Source: Schmidtea polychroa (Eukaryota). From it: 64,000 nucleotides of DNA. The first letter of the stretch is position 1. Every line of letters begins with the position of its first letter. The position numbers and the translations under genes were made by a program. Location of the stretch: contig CM097885.1 in NCBI GenBank assembly GCA_044892525.1, forward strand, positions 251,162,001-251,226,000, given 5' to 3'. Positions 12,920-26,959 of this stretch are shown in pieces. The notes under the pieces are model-generated. The model was given only the letters and a program-made list of their open reading frames with translations, was not told where the DNA came from and searched no databases.

Positions 12920-14820
12920 TTTTCAGGGTTTTAGGCTAGCTAAATAATCAGGTGCGACATAGGTTCCCTGGCTTTGCACTAACTCAAGTTAGTCGAAAAG
13001 GAGACTTGTAAGTTATTAAATTACAACGATTAATTCAACGTCTCAACTTCCTAATTTTAATTTTCCGCCGATATTTATTTCATTTATTCGCTTTTTATAA
13101 TAATTCTTTAGCATTTTTTATAGTTTAATTTTCTAAACCTGGTTTTATCAAATCTGTTTAACAAGCTCTAATTCTATTTTCGATGTCATTCATGTTAAAT
13201 GGTGCGATATCAATTCCCGTTCAACGCAAAATTTAAAAAATATATTATTATATAAAAATGCATTATAAATTAAGATATAATGATTTACAAAACGCGCCGT
13301 AATCGTCGTCATAGCGACGCCTGCTTGTGTATGCTATTGTATTATTGTTTGTTTCTACTATGTGAATTTGTGTGTCTGGCTGGCTAGTGTGGATTTATGC
13401 TTTTTTGAGTGGTTATCTACCTACACTAGTCTAGAAAAATCAATGCCATGCTACTTCACGATGATACGATCTACTCCTCCGTTCTAATACGCGGTTCTAC
13501 CATCTCAGGTAATATTCCATACTCTTATGCAATTCTGATGACATAACACAATTTACTGTTCGGATTTACTATCATCCTACCGGGAGAAATTTCGCTATTG
13601 TGTGTCTAACTGCATGCATTCTCGAGAGGTAGTCACTTAGAATTTTCTACTAGGGTTTCCATGAGTAATCGACGCAGACAGTATGTGACAGATGTAGAGA
13701 ATTACGAGTAAATTGGGATTGTTAATCCGTCTTCTATCGTGTTGTTGACTCAAGGCGATATTTGTCACTACGCCCCCTAAACAAATCATTTCGGAAATTA
13801 TCACGTTATCTCTCCCATTAGATTTTCGTTGGTCATCTAATTCGGTTACTCAAAATCTAACTGAAATTCGTTCAGCAATTAGCCGATAACACTGACAGCG
13901 GTTTCCTTCATATCGGCCGTAAGTATTCCGATAATTCCTCAGGATTTATTTACTTTATTTTCAGAGAATCACGGCTTATCAGCAATACAAGAGTTGATAA
14001 TTCAACCTAAAACTACATCGTAGATGGGTTTCGTCGCCAACGTCCTGGCGATTCAAACCTTAAAAGACTACAATTTCGCGATTTTCCTATGAAACCCTAT
14101 CGACAATATCGCGCGAATACAGATCTCTGTTGTTTGGATATTCGACACTATGCGTCGGCAAGTACAAGCCGTAGTTCGTATTCAATCGAGATTCGAGAAA
14201 AAGACAATTGGATATAGTGTCTATACTCTGTAAATCTGCAATTTTCTAAAATTCCCCATGGATTTGTCCTCTACCTTGAATTTCATGACTGTCACTCGTT
14301 CCGCTGGAAATATTTCCGACAACGATAATAACGGATCGCACTCGATGAAAAGATTCGTCCCTGCAACCTCTTTCTGCCACTCACTAGATGTCCTCACCCC
14401 TCCGGACCCACCCAAGAACGGCATACATCGCTGCCACCACTCTTGGACCGTCAGGAGGGACGATTCTATCTTCCCAATTATTATTCCACAAATGAATCAT
14501 AAATAATTATAAAAAAAGGCATATAATAAAATAGGTCCATGAATAATTCAATCTTGTAAAATCATATCTACGGAATGGGAAAATTAATTACCTGGCGACC
14601 ACGCCGTCTACGTTTCGGATATGATGCCGTATGGTGATGCTCGTTAGGCATTAAATAATCAGCTCGCGTGATATTCATTTTATTCCAAACCTCGATTCAA
14701 GTTTCTCCTTTCCTGCTATTCGTTCCCAGACATTTTCTTCAGATTTATGCAAGTTCGCCGCATCACATCCGATTCCTAGACGACATCGTCGCCAGCCATC
14801 ATAAAGAAAGAATGCATCTT
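12920..14820. pseudogene. Decayed, intron-containing coding-like region, product unrecognised
   Basis: More GC-rich than the flanks and has splice-like motifs (ttttcag, gtaagt; 46-nt gtaagt..ttttcag at ~13919-13964). Every frame contains stops. Confidence 0.3.
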
Positions 14821-16142
14821 TGAAAGTATAAATTTTTTTAAAATAAAATGTTTTTATTGTTCATTATTATAGCTAAAGATATCATACAATTTTCATTCAT
14901 ACCACTTACCAAAATTTTCCTCGAGAGCGTTGAAAATATCGTTAAGAATATTCGAATTGTTTTCCAACTTTAGTGGTTTCGTCCCTTTAAAATCCTGATC
15001 TCTGTCTGAATAATTTCGAATGATTTTAACTTGTCGTCTATCGAAAAGGTTCCTGTTGAATAAGTTGTAGTGATGTCCAAAAATAGGTTTCTAAGTCTGT
15101 AGAGTATAGCGGTTAAATGGTACTTAAAAAATAGTAAAATTTTACCTGTAGAGTATAGCGGTTAAATGGTACTCTACAGATATTTTCCATTTCTTTTATA
15201 CTATTTCTCGTCCAATCAGGACACGCCTTGTGTGCAATGTTATTATTTATTATTATTTTTATGTTTTTTGACGTAATATGCTAGAATTTAATAACTATTT
15301 CTTATTTTTCTTATTATTTTATTTATTTCCTATTTTTTATTCTTTTTCTCCTGTTTTTCCTGCTAATTTATTGTTATTTGGTTATAATACAATTTTTTGT
15401 TTTAATTAGCCTATATATTTATTTGAAAATGATTTTATTTCTTAATTTCTTGTTTATTTTCCTTAAATTTTATTATTTTATTTCCTTCCGTTATTATGTG
15501 TGTTGGGTACTTTTTCTTTTTCGTCTTGTTTTTCGTCTTATACATTTTATTATTTTATTAGTTATTTTTATTCCCTTTATATTCTTATTTCTTTTATGGT
15601 TATCTAATTTAGTTGTTCTTATATTTTCCGCGCTTTTTTGTGAAATTTATTTTATCCTTTTTATTCATCCTTAATCTGATTTCCAACACTCTCGAAGCTT
15701 GGCCCAACAAATGCTTAAATTATTCTCATATTATTTATTAAATTAATTTCTTTTAAATATGTTACCCATTATTTTTATTTGTGTTCACAGATGGCATAAA
15801 AATTCAATTAAAGTTCGATAAAGTTCCTAACAAATTGTATATACAATTCAATAAAAAATAAATCATGATAAAGTTCCGAACACATAGTTATTTACACAAC
15901 CATAAGAATATCGATGAAAGTTATTGTTCAATCATTGGCTCTTGTTTGATGAATTAGATTGTTGAGTTGTCGATCCGGATTGCAGAAATGGAGGTCTACG
16001 AGAATACATTATTTATTGACGTTCTTCGGCGTAAACGTTAACTCTGTACTTGCCTGTCCCTGCTTTATAATATTTGTCTAAGGAACATGTAGTGACGGGT
16101 CTACCCTCATCATCCAACAATATCAAGGTACTTACTATAGAG

Positions 16143-17485
16143 CAGTGCTTCTCAAACTTTTTTATATTGTGGCTCCCTAAAGTTGAAAAAAATAATTCAA
16201 TCCTCCCCAAAAAATAACACTAATAAAACACTATTTATCATTACTTTTTACTTCAAAATATATTACTTCTATATTACTTCAAAAATAAAATTCTTTCAAA
16301 TCAAGTTTTTAAAACCATATAAGTTGCAAAATTTTTACAATAATAATATTATAAAAAATAAAACAAATGTATAATTTCTCACTAAAATAATTACTTAATG
16401 AGAGAGATGTGATTGCATATTTTTACATAAATAATGAATATCCGGTAAAATTTCTACTATTCCTGCTATATGAAAACTTTTTCTTACATTTTCAATTCCA
16501 CATTTTACTAATGCCTACCCCTTGCATGAGTGCAACTCAGTTCATTATTTGCTGATTAAAGCCTGAAAATTTTTTTTGAAAAATAACTTGTTTGTCCCTT
16601 TTGAGCGGCTGCCTTTCTATGAAAAAAATCAAGCGGCTTATTTTTATATTCAGGATGCAAAGTAGTTAAATGACGAATTAATTTTCCTGGCCTCGTGCTG
16701 TCGTTTGATAGTTGGGTGAAACAAATTACACACAGGTCTTTCTTGATTATTGATTGTAGACGAAACAAATCCATATTTCAAATAATCAGAATCATATTTC
16801 CGATTTTTTATATGACGTGTATTATTATTATTATCTGGTGGGACTTTTCTTTTATTGCTAGTTGTTAATGTTGATGTTAATGCAGGATTTTCTGGTATAG
16901 TTGAATCCGTTGCAGAAGTGGGTTCTACCGATGCCTCTATATCTTCGTTATTTTCTCGCTCTTTATGTGTTTTTATTAACCACATCCATTTTTAAAGATA
17001 TTAATGAATTGTTAAATTTTTTAAGAAATTAAAGTTATTTTATAATTAAACAAATAATAATTACCTCGAATATATAAAAATTTTATAATATTTTAATAAA
17101 TAAACTTTTTTTAATAAATTTACTTTTTTAACACTTTAAAAACTTTAATAAATTCACTTTTTTACAAAAACACTACAAATTCTGACAATGTTGAAACTAC
17201 ATACATCAACATATCTACAAATGGTGATACTACGATTATTTTCTAAAAATCTCTTAACATTTAAAAATATACTTATGTATAACCTACTACGAAATAAAAT
17301 TAGAAAAAATAACGGTTTTGAAAAGTATAAAAAATGTAAAAATAATTTTTCATATAAATTTATTTATATTCTTAAATATGAATTTAAAATTTTTTAAAGA
17401 GTATAATACCTAAATATATCGCGGCTCCCTTGTCAGAGTTCCACGGCCTCCAAGGGAATCGCGGCTCACAGTTTGGGAAATACTG
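16143..17485 (-). mobile_element. Non-autonomous Buster/Charlie-type hAT deletion derivative
   Basis: TIRs CAGTGCTTCTCAAAC / CAGTATTTCCCAAAC. Perfect 8-bp TSD CTATAGAG (16135-16142, 17486-17493) with central TA. Internal RKYDSDYLKYGF and CVICFTQLSNDSTRPGKLIRHL transposase N-terminus. Confidence 0.93.
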
Positions 17486-18069
17486 CTATAGAGGATTAAC
17501 TTTGAAAAAAAATAATAACTGTAATAATAAAATTTGGGGGGATGAAAACGGAAGATTCCGGCATTCGTCGCTTAAATATAATGAAATCGGATAATACTGT
17601 CTTCGACTATTTGTCACGATTTATTTTTAGGGGAATATACGGCGAAAAGGTTAATTATACAATTGAAAAAAAACTTATAAAATAATCTTACAAAGCTAAT
17701 TACCAAATAAAACATCATATATTAACTAAAACAAACCCGTTTTTATCAAAAACCTACAATAATATAATTCTATTTAATTTTTAAATTTCCTTTTTTTAAA
17801 CCCCATTAAATTTTTAAGTTTAAGATCACCAAATTAAAATTAAAAATATTTCTAAAGTTTATTTTAGTATTGTTAAATTGATCGGCGCAGAATACATTTT
17901 AAGTGAGATGACAATTATAGAAAGCAAAAGTAAATAATGAATAATAATTGAGCCATTTATGTAAATTTTTAGTAAATTCTCCAAATGTTTTCAAAATACC
18001 CCAATTAAAATCTAACTTTTGGCAATTAAGATCATGAGGCCCTTTCAATAAATTCTTAAATTAATTCAA

Positions 18070-18920
18070 TTAATAAGGTAGCCGAACAATATATCCATTC
18101 TATGAAGTTACAAGCAATTGTATTTAATTTTATTCGTAATTTGGAGTTGCTGATCAGAATTTATATTCGATCTGGTATTCTCGAATTCGATGTCTATCCA
18201 GATTTGGAAATTAGTCAACGGAATGATACCGATTTAACATCCACAAAGTTAAAGTTTTCTATTGCTATCTATGAATTTGCTGTCAGATAGGTTACGTAAA
18301 TCTTGAAAAACAACAGAGTCACTAGGGAAGGAAACATAAAATTCCAATAATCACATATTGAAAGCAGCCTACATAGATCCACAGGCGGGGAAATGCTGAT
18401 GAGGCGAATAGGAGGCTCTGTTGACCAAAGACGGGAACACGACCTGCGTTAAACCGGCAAATGTAAGGATACTGGTATAGATCCATGGAGAAAACTGGCT
18501 TGTGCGTGCTCCAATGTGATGACCTGAAAACAAGAAATTAAAACAATACAACGTGTCAATGAATAGTTATGAATGAGGTTCGAGTCGGGGTGAGCCATTT
18601 TGTCAACGAGGAAATATTGGTGCCAAGAGATGGAACCAATAAAGCACATCGATGACAAAGCCCCTTTCGGCAAATAAACTATACAGGAAATCGTAAAAAT
18701 AAAATACTAGATTAAATTCAGACAATTAATTGAAATGATGAACGTAAATCATAATCGTAATAAATTCCTGTGATAGAGATAAACAAAACATCAACGTTTT
18801 ATTAATACAGAAACGCCAACTCAATAAATTCAACATAAACGCGATATATTTCAATTGTACAACAATCTTCGTCAGGCCGCAATCTGGATAATCAATAATA
18901 AGACATAGAATATGCAATAT
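18070..18920 (-). pseudogene. Unidentified decayed coding-like region with small introns
   Basis: Several short minus-strand ORFs in a GC-richer island, with a 26-nt gtattg..ttttcag intron-like segment at ~18525-18550. Confidence 0.25.
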
Positions 18921-20154
18921 CTAAACAAATTAACTAATAATAATCATCTCCAAAAAAAATATTTCAAAAAAAAAATATTTCAAAAAAAAAATATTTTAAA
19001 AAACCAAACCATATTTTACATAACCCCACATATATTGTAAAAATAAAAAAAAAGTTCCAAACAGACAAAGTATAAAAATAATCCTTTAATTTCTTTTGCA
19101 ATTTTAGTATATATTCTTCTTTTGAAGTTTCGGTTAATTTTATGCTTCTTTTTTAAAATTTTTTATTGACTTTAATTTTGTATCAATTTTTCTATATTTT
19201 TTATTTAAATTTTATTTTTTTACGCAGTACGCGATAATAAAATTGACAATATTATAACACTAAGATTAAGATTTTATCGCTATAAAAAAATTTACACAAA
19301 ATTAAAAGTCAATAAAAATTTTGAAAATACTACACTACACATTCGATAATCGATTTACAATAGACTAGTATCTCATCTGTCAAACTATGCAGTATAGAAT
19401 CTACTATACTATAGATGTTCTTTACTTACCTTTAAAAATTTAGAAATTGCACCGAAGTAAATTTTATGGACTTTCACTTTTTATCATACCAACATACTAA
19501 CAATAATATTACTATTGAGTAATGAAACCGCTCTTTTATAATTAGTGGTAAACAATACGAATATGCCTAAGCAAGTCTATGGATGCTTAAACACAACTGA
19601 AGCAGCGCTCTACTCGCGAGATAATGTTTTGCCTTGCATATATTCATTGCTATATTGCATTGGTTGTATGTTCAAAAAAGTTCAAACATAGTTCATTACA
19701 AACACTGCGTTATTTTTTCAATAATAGTGTAAATATTTTTAGCATTTAGACATAAACAATATAAATATACGCTACACTGTACTGTAAACTTTTACGTACG
19801 AAAAAAATGATGTGAAATTTTCTATTTATTGAGTATTTAACACATCAATATTTTTCTACTTTTCTCACACTTACAACCAAAATGTCCTGCTATGGGATCA
19901 CGTCCGTCGAGTTTGTTTGTTACTCCATTTTTCACACCACTTGACACCATTCATACTCATTCCACAACTTGATTTATTCAACAGAAGCAGCCATAAATTA
20001 TCTTAGTCCACCAGATCAATCCTAACATAATTAACAATTTTTTTGATTTATTAAAATTAAAAATATAAATTACACTTCAAATTTTATTTTTCTAACTTTG
20101 AGTGTAACAAATTTATCAATAATATCATAATTAATTTTTTTACTATTTCATTTT

Positions 20155-22393
20155 CTATAGATAATATTGGTAGACCAGATAGCCTTTCTTGGCTCATAGA
20201 GGACCATAAGTAATTTTAATTAATTTCAACTTGCTGAAAGATCTTTCCCTCGCCGCAATTGATACTGGCATGGTTAGAAATATTTTATATGCAATAATGA
20301 GATTTGGATACGAAACGCTCATATTCTATTTATATATAGCATTTAAAATATCTTATACAGCTGCATCTTCTAGTTTAGGCATAATTTCTTTTATTTATAC
20401 TTGAAATGTTTCAATCTTGCTGATGATTTCAGTGGAATCAACATCGCAGATATATTCTAACTCCTTATTTCGAAAGTTGTCAATTTTTAATGATTTTAGA
20501 GCAGATCCAGTTAAAAATTCAAAATCTGATTTGATTTTATGTAACCTGCTTCAGTTACCAATTAGGGAATCTAAAATTTTAAAATATTGAATACGAAAAT
20601 TTATATCTCCAATAGGTAACCCTTCATCGCTAGATGATTCTCCTGGCATTTTTTTAATTTTTCGATGTTTTGGGGAAAATTCTGCAGAAATTGTCAAATT
20701 ATTACAGATATTGCTTTTACATGTGCGAACTCCGGATCCTTTTCCCGCAGGTCCACCATTGTCTTTTCAAACCATGTATTTGTTTTGTTGCATTATCTAT
20801 TAACTCTTAATATGGTTCAGAATGTTGTCCCATATTATAAGCCAATAAATAAATTCAAAGTCTATTTTTTGATTAATTTAAATTCATAACTGTCATCATT
20901 ATATAAAATATTTAATGATTTTAATGTTCCCTTGATTTCATTCTATAATACTGGCACCGCATTATATTTACTCTATAGCGAGTATTTGCGTGTATTTCAA
21001 GAGTATGTTTTACATTTTGTAAAAGCAAATCCCAGCGACGAGTTGATTTTGAAAAAATAATTATATATATTACTTATCGTATCAAAGAAATATACTATAT
21101 TCGACTACACTTTTGCAGCATAAACTCCAGTTAGGTTCAAAGAGTGAGCTGTGCATGGTTCATAAGCAACTAAAGAATTTCCCTAAAAGTCTTATTTGAA
21201 CACCTCGATCCTTTCCAGGTATTTTAGAACCGCTGCCTTAGCATTGTCCACAGAATTCTGAAAATTCAAATCATCTTTAGAATATTTTTGCAGTATTTCT
21301 GAACTTAATCCTTCTCCAGTTTAATTCATTTCTATTGATAAAATCAATAAAATTCTCACTAACGACATATCTTTAGTCTGTTAGCTCGACAAAACGAATT
21401 ACCTCAAAAATTTGCTCCTCTGAAATATCAGTTTTTAAATTGAACATAATGGAGTAATATTTTGCATCTTGTATTTTAGAGATTATATAATTTCTAACTG
21501 TACTTGCCAAGATATTAATAAATTCGTTTTGAATATCTTTAAAAATATATTTATTTCTATTTCTGCCTTCTAAATCGTTTTTCAAAGTAACATCATAACG
21601 ACTAACTAATTCGATCAAATTCAAAAATATTCCACTATTTGAAGCTCCGATTCGATCAATAGATCCAAAGGCAAATAATTGAATGCACGGGAAAGTGATA
21701 CAGTCTATTAATACTTTCAAGATGTTTAAATTTTTTGCATTCATTATCCATTTCATTCAAGTAAAAAATTTTTTCCAATTCTCTTTTGGTCACACAAGCT
21801 TGAAATTATATTACAAGTTACATAAAATCAAATCAGATTTTAAATTTTTAACTGGATCTGCTCTAAAATCAATAAATAAATTTTCATTAAAAGATCTTCC
21901 AATTGTTTCCCCATTTGTAAATGTTTTTATGAACCAATCATTTGAGAATTTTAGTTTTTATTGTCTGTGCTCGTTTTATTCTCTTTTCTGTACTGGCCAC
22001 GATTTAAGTAAGTATTCACGAATTTTGTTACGAATTTTTTTTGTTATTTTTAACAGGCCAAGAGTTGAATTATTATTGTCAAAATTTAGAAATAATTCTT
22101 GATTTTCAAAGTCATCATTCATCATCATCAATGAAGTTTCTTTCATCGCCATAGTCTCTATGATCTTGAGCCGAAAAATCCTCAGAAGATTTTCCGACTT
22201 CTGCATGCGTGGAGCCAACAAATATTTCTGTGTTTCTCTTTTCTTGAACTTTATCGGTGTTTGATAATTTATCTTGACAATTTTTTGTTAAAAATAATTT
22301 CATTATTTCACTTTGTTTTTTGGCTTCTACTTCACGTCGGGCATTTTGCGTACGAAATTCGCGACCAGATTTTTTCTTTTTCATTTCAGACAT
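20155..22393 (-). mobile_element. Degenerate hAT transposase (ZMYM1/DUF4371-type with C-terminal dimerisation domain)
   Basis: MSEMKKKKSGREFR N-terminus; GIFLNLIELVSRYD..IQNEFI..AKYYSIM; YPNLIIAYKIFLTMPVSIAARERSFSKLKLIK at ~20215-20330. Many lesions. Confidence 0.88.
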
Positions 22394-22718
22394 TATTAAA
22401 CTAAATATATAAAATAAAAAATAAATTAAGTTAATACATGTATAGCAAATATATTACTTTTTACTTTTAATTAAGATATTAATAAAATTTGGAATACTCA
22501 ACACTACTATGCAATACTGCCTAACTAAATACAATTAAAAGCGTACACCGATGAAAGTTATTTATATACGAGTAATATTGATTTTCTAATCTCAGCAAAT
22601 TAAATAGTTACTTGCAAATTTGCAACATGAAATATTTATGAAAAAATCAATATCAATGCGTGGACGTGTAGACTAATCGATTTTATATTTTCCTTTCAAT
22701 TCTGATTTATGTAATTTT

Positions 22719-23470
22719 TTATATTCGATTATGGTAGTCTCTCCTGTTTGTTGGAGTTACAGTTAGGTTGTCGCCCATGATGTTTTCTCGACTTGTATTG
22801 ACTGTACGGTGGTTGTACCACAGGCTAATGTCGTACTCGTCTTTTACGACAATGTTTATTAGGTACATCGTTACCCTCTTTGCCCATTCTGTAGTTTTAC
22901 CCAATATCGAATAATATGAGAGGTAATGATCAGCACGGTCAACACCTTTCATGTGCTTATTGTATTCGATTACAGATTTTGGTTTTATGATTTTATTGCG
23001 CGTTTTCCAATCCATGTTCTGGCTTTCTTTCATTTCAGCAGAATGAATGGTGGAAATCATTCGAACTTCTTTTTTAGATTGCCAAACTTGCAATAGTACA
23101 TCTTTTGAAAATAGATTCGCCTTTCTTCTGTTTAATCATTTGCAATGATTTGGGTAGACCCCTGTTTTTTATAGTACCACAAACTCTTATTTTATTTAGT
23201 AATAAAGCCTTGCAATTTTCGGCACTGTTGTAGTAATTGTCCATATAAGACAACTTTTTTTACAGTTTCTAGTAATTTAAGTCCTTGTGCACAAAATTGT
23301 TCAAAATTGCAAATGTAGCCTGTATCACTCTCACATAAAATTCCGTATTGTATTCCGTATGTATTCCGTATTTCACAATTTTAGAAGCATGTAAACTCTA
23401 AAAAATAGTCTTCCCCTCCAAGGTATCATTCCTTCATCTAAACTTAATTCTTGGTGGGGTTTGTAAATGT
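22719..23470 (-). mobile_element. piggyBac (PGBD4-like) transposase fragment
   Basis: ELSLDEGMIPWRGRL at ~23405-23450; W..KKEV.MISTIH..KP..V.EYNKHMKGVDRADHYLSYY. Confidence 0.9.
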
Positions 23471-23544
23471 TTATAAATTTTTGGTAAAAAAATTTTGATC
23501 AATAATTGGTTTTACTTTGCATAATCGGTCGGAACTATCTATTA

Positions 23545-24209
23545 TTACTTCTTATTAATTGCAGCACCGTTTTGAGTAGAACCAACCAAATCTGAATCAC
23601 AATTTATACCAAATGATTGCAAATGATCTGTTATTAACTTTAACATGATTTCAGCTGGACAACTTCCAAAAACTTTTACAAGACCAGTTTTATATATTTT
23701 ATATTGGTTGGTATCGAATAAATGCAAATTGATTCCAATGTATCGTCGACGGCGAACAGTTGTGTATTCATCAAAAGTCAAACTGATTTTTCCCATTCAT
23801 TTCAATCATTTTTAATAGTTTGCTTCATTTTTTCTTTCATGCCATTGTAATGATTATCTATAAGTTTCATAGTATCGAATTCATTCGCTGCTAGTTTAAA
23901 ATTATCACGAACGATATTTGCTTCTGGTCATAAAGTAGATTGAAATTCCATCTGTAGCTAATTCATAAACTATATCATTTAATGTTCTTCGTTTTACAAA
24001 CGCATTCATTGTTTAGATTTTCCTTGAACTACTGTATGTTGTGATTTCATTATTTTCGATGATTATATTGTGAATAGCTTTCAAATGCCCTTTAATGGAA
24101 GTTGTTGATCTATCTGAACTTTTTATTGATTTACCACATTGCAAATTTCTTCAATCTCATTTGTTATTTGATTTTTTGGCCTACTTGCAAATTCCCAAAC
24201 CGATGACAT
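23545..24209 (-). mobile_element. hAT (hobo/Ac-type, BED finger) transposase fragment
   Basis: MSSVWEF..STTSIKGHLKAIH BED finger; ISLTFDEYTT.R.RRYI.INLH first catalytic D region. Confidence 0.8.
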
Positions 24210-24429
24210 CACAACGGTAGTAAAATTAAATCATTTAATTGAAAATTATTTTGTGAAATAATATAAATCATAATATATTAGTTATTTAAAATACTTACTT
24301 AATAAATTTTATCAAAACTATTCGCAAATTGGTTATGAGCAAAAAAGCATAAAAATTTAAATTTCGAAAAACTGTAAGTTGTGAAAAAAATGTTATTCAT
24401 AAACCGAAAACAGCGGCTTTTCGGTTAAA

Positions 24430-24760
24430 AAAGTATCAATTTGTGTCAAGCTTTACCTTTTGATAGCCTTGGTGAAAGGATCTTGTCTAAATCAAAGGAA
24501 ATCAGTAGCATTATATTTGCACCAAAATACTCATTTTGCGATCCTTCAAAAAGATTATATCATAGGAATTTTCATCTTCAATTATTAGAATTGTTTATTT
24601 AGAATATTTTTGCCAATATAAATTAGCTTTCTGGTTGAATTATAATAGGGATGCCATAATATCCTATCCATATTTATAGAATAGATCATGTGGTATTAGT
24701 GTGAGCTCTCTTTGCATGAGAAAACTGTTTTCCTCAAGCTCTTTATTATTAATTAATTAT
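24430..24760 (-). pseudogene. Unknown gene family remnant, copy 1
   Basis: TILIIEDENSYDIIF..RSFHQGYQKVKLDTN, paralogous to 25400-25716. Confidence 0.5.
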
Positions 24761-25399
24761 AATAATATTGCAGATGAATATAATATTTATTAATAAAAAA
24801 ATTCAACATCAATGACTTAAATGTGTTGGGTTTAGGATTATATCCATTTAATTTATCCCATCAACACCAATAGTCACCAACAATCTGTAATTATCTAAAA
24901 ATTATGAAAAAAATCTTACAATCCTTATTCAAACAAATATAAAAGAAAACAGAAGTACAATGGAGCATTTCAGTTATTGTCTACAGTAGATGAAAGGGAC
25001 AATCGAAAAGACAAATTTATTAATATCTATTTTCATGTATAATTTAATATTTGGAGCATAGATTTTTTTGTAACAAGTTCAAATTTTGATTTTAAGTAAT
25101 TTAAAAAATGTCAAAAATACCACAAAAAATGTCAATTTAAATTAAATATTTCAAGTTTGCTTTATTCCTTTTTCTCATGGAATATTTTGTTGATGATTTA
25201 TGTTTAACACAAATTTTCGGTGCAACTTTTTTCAAGTGTTTGTTACATACTAGGAATTTTAATTTAGAATTGTCCTTTCATCGAAGAATTATTGATAACA
25301 TTTAAAAACTATATTTATTGTGAGATTGTAAGTGTTAACTGTGTAAATAAATTTTTATTTTATGTAAAGAAAAGAAGAAATTACGAACGTGGTAAAATT

Positions 25400-25716
25400 A
25401 TTTTAGTAAGGGATCCGTTGGTGTCTAGCTTTATTTCTGGATCACCCTGATGAAAGAAACTCATTTCAGTCAATTGAAATACACTAGCAGCATTATATTT
25501 GGCAAATAAATGCTCATTTGAGACACTCTAAGAGATTATATCAAATGAATTTTCATTTTGAATTATAAGAAGTCCCCAGTGTTTATTATAAAGTTCAATT
25601 AGATTTCTGGTTGAATTATAATATGATTGCCAAAAAATAACATCCGCATTGGTATAATATGTTAGATAGTCACAACGCGGCAAGCTGGTCCCCATCGTAA
25701 TGAGTTGGGTTGTCAT
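25400..25716 (-). pseudogene. Unknown gene family remnant, copy 2
   Basis: LLIIQNENSFDIIS*..SFFHQGDPEIKLDTNGS. Confidence 0.5.
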
Positions 25717-26388
25717 AATTGCAGCTATTCAATAAGTAATTGAGAAATTATAACATTTTATCAATTATACAACGAAATTTATTCAACAAAATTTATAAAA
25801 TAAATAAATCAATAGAATCAAATAATAAACGTAACATGTGAAATAATGGAAATTTATACAGTAACGCAAACCAAATTGTAAAAATCGGCCCAAAGCAAAA
25901 TTAAATCAATTTTTTATTCAAATGTTTGTTTAAATTTGTCAATTTTGTATCTGAGCAACAATTTATTATTTTTTGCAGCGTTTGAATTGATTGAGAAATA
26001 ATAACAAAAAATTGTATCATTTCTGCCATTTGATAGTTTCCTCCACCCGGCATCAGTATAGCGATCTGTGATAAATGTTTCCATTTACTGGAATTATCAC
26101 AACAATTGTTACCGAATTTTTGAACGCCATTCCATTTTACCGATTTGCCGGAAATAAAATGACTTGCAGTAAATCCATTCATTTCTCTTGTAATAATTCG
26201 TAAATTTACCCTAACCCAACCTTACCATTTAACAAATTTGCAATTCATATAATTTTAATTTCCTAATTTGGTTTCAATCACTTCAATTTATACATCAATA
26301 TTATCAAATCAACAATCAAACTTGATTGATTTATCCAATGTGTTTCATATACCTTCTAAATGAAGGATTCTCATACTGTACCATTTCC

Positions 26389-26672
26389 TTATTCAATTCG
26401 TTTATTTTCCACTGCTATCCACCTCTCTCCGTTCAATATTGCATATTTTCCTCTCTAATCACGAATAACAATAAAATTAACTACAAATAAAATTTTACTA
26501 ATAAAATATTATCATTATTATTATTCAATTCGTTAATTTTTCCCTGCTATCCACCTCTCTCCGTTCAATATTGCCTATTTTCCTCTACAATCACGAATAA
26601 CAATAAAATTAACTACAAATAAAATTTTACTAATAAAATATTATCATTAATATTATTCAATTCGTTAATTTT
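26389..26672. repeat. Isolated ~2 monomers of the 132-bp satellite
   Basis: Same monomer as 30156-41061 (TTCAATTCG..CTGCTATCCACCTCTCTCCGTTCAATATTGC..CACGAATAACAATAAAATTAACTACA). Confidence 0.95.
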
Positions 26673-26959
26673 AATAACAATAAGTTTTAATTAATACAAT
26701 AACATGATTTATTTATTTACTTTTATTATTCACAGCTATTAAAAAAATACTTGATTTTTTTTAAATATAATTAGCTTTTAAGAGAAAAAATAATTATTTA
26801 TTTATATTAATATAGTTAAACAACAAAAAAATATATAACGAAAAAAAACATAAAAAAAATTGCACTTAAAATTCATTTGCAACTTGTTGAACTTTTGTAA
26901 ATAGTATAGAAATTTATTTAAGATAAAAATCCAAAATAAAAATACGAAAAACATAACTC

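Noticed and set aside
14593-14605. Second PBS-like TGGCGACCACGCC
   Set aside because: No LTR-end CA upstream and no gag downstream; it equally reads as a minus-strand splice donor.
15960-16010. 35-bp resemblance to the Buster internal sequence at ~16900
   Set aside because: Too short and gapped to support an older nested element.
18396-18410. Hammerhead core CTGATGAG..CGAA
   Set aside because: GAAT instead of GAAA, and no stems I/III.
25447-25471. Hammerhead core CTGATGA-AA-GAAAC..GTC
   Set aside because: No stem II and no stem I pairing; it lies in a pseudogene coding remnant.
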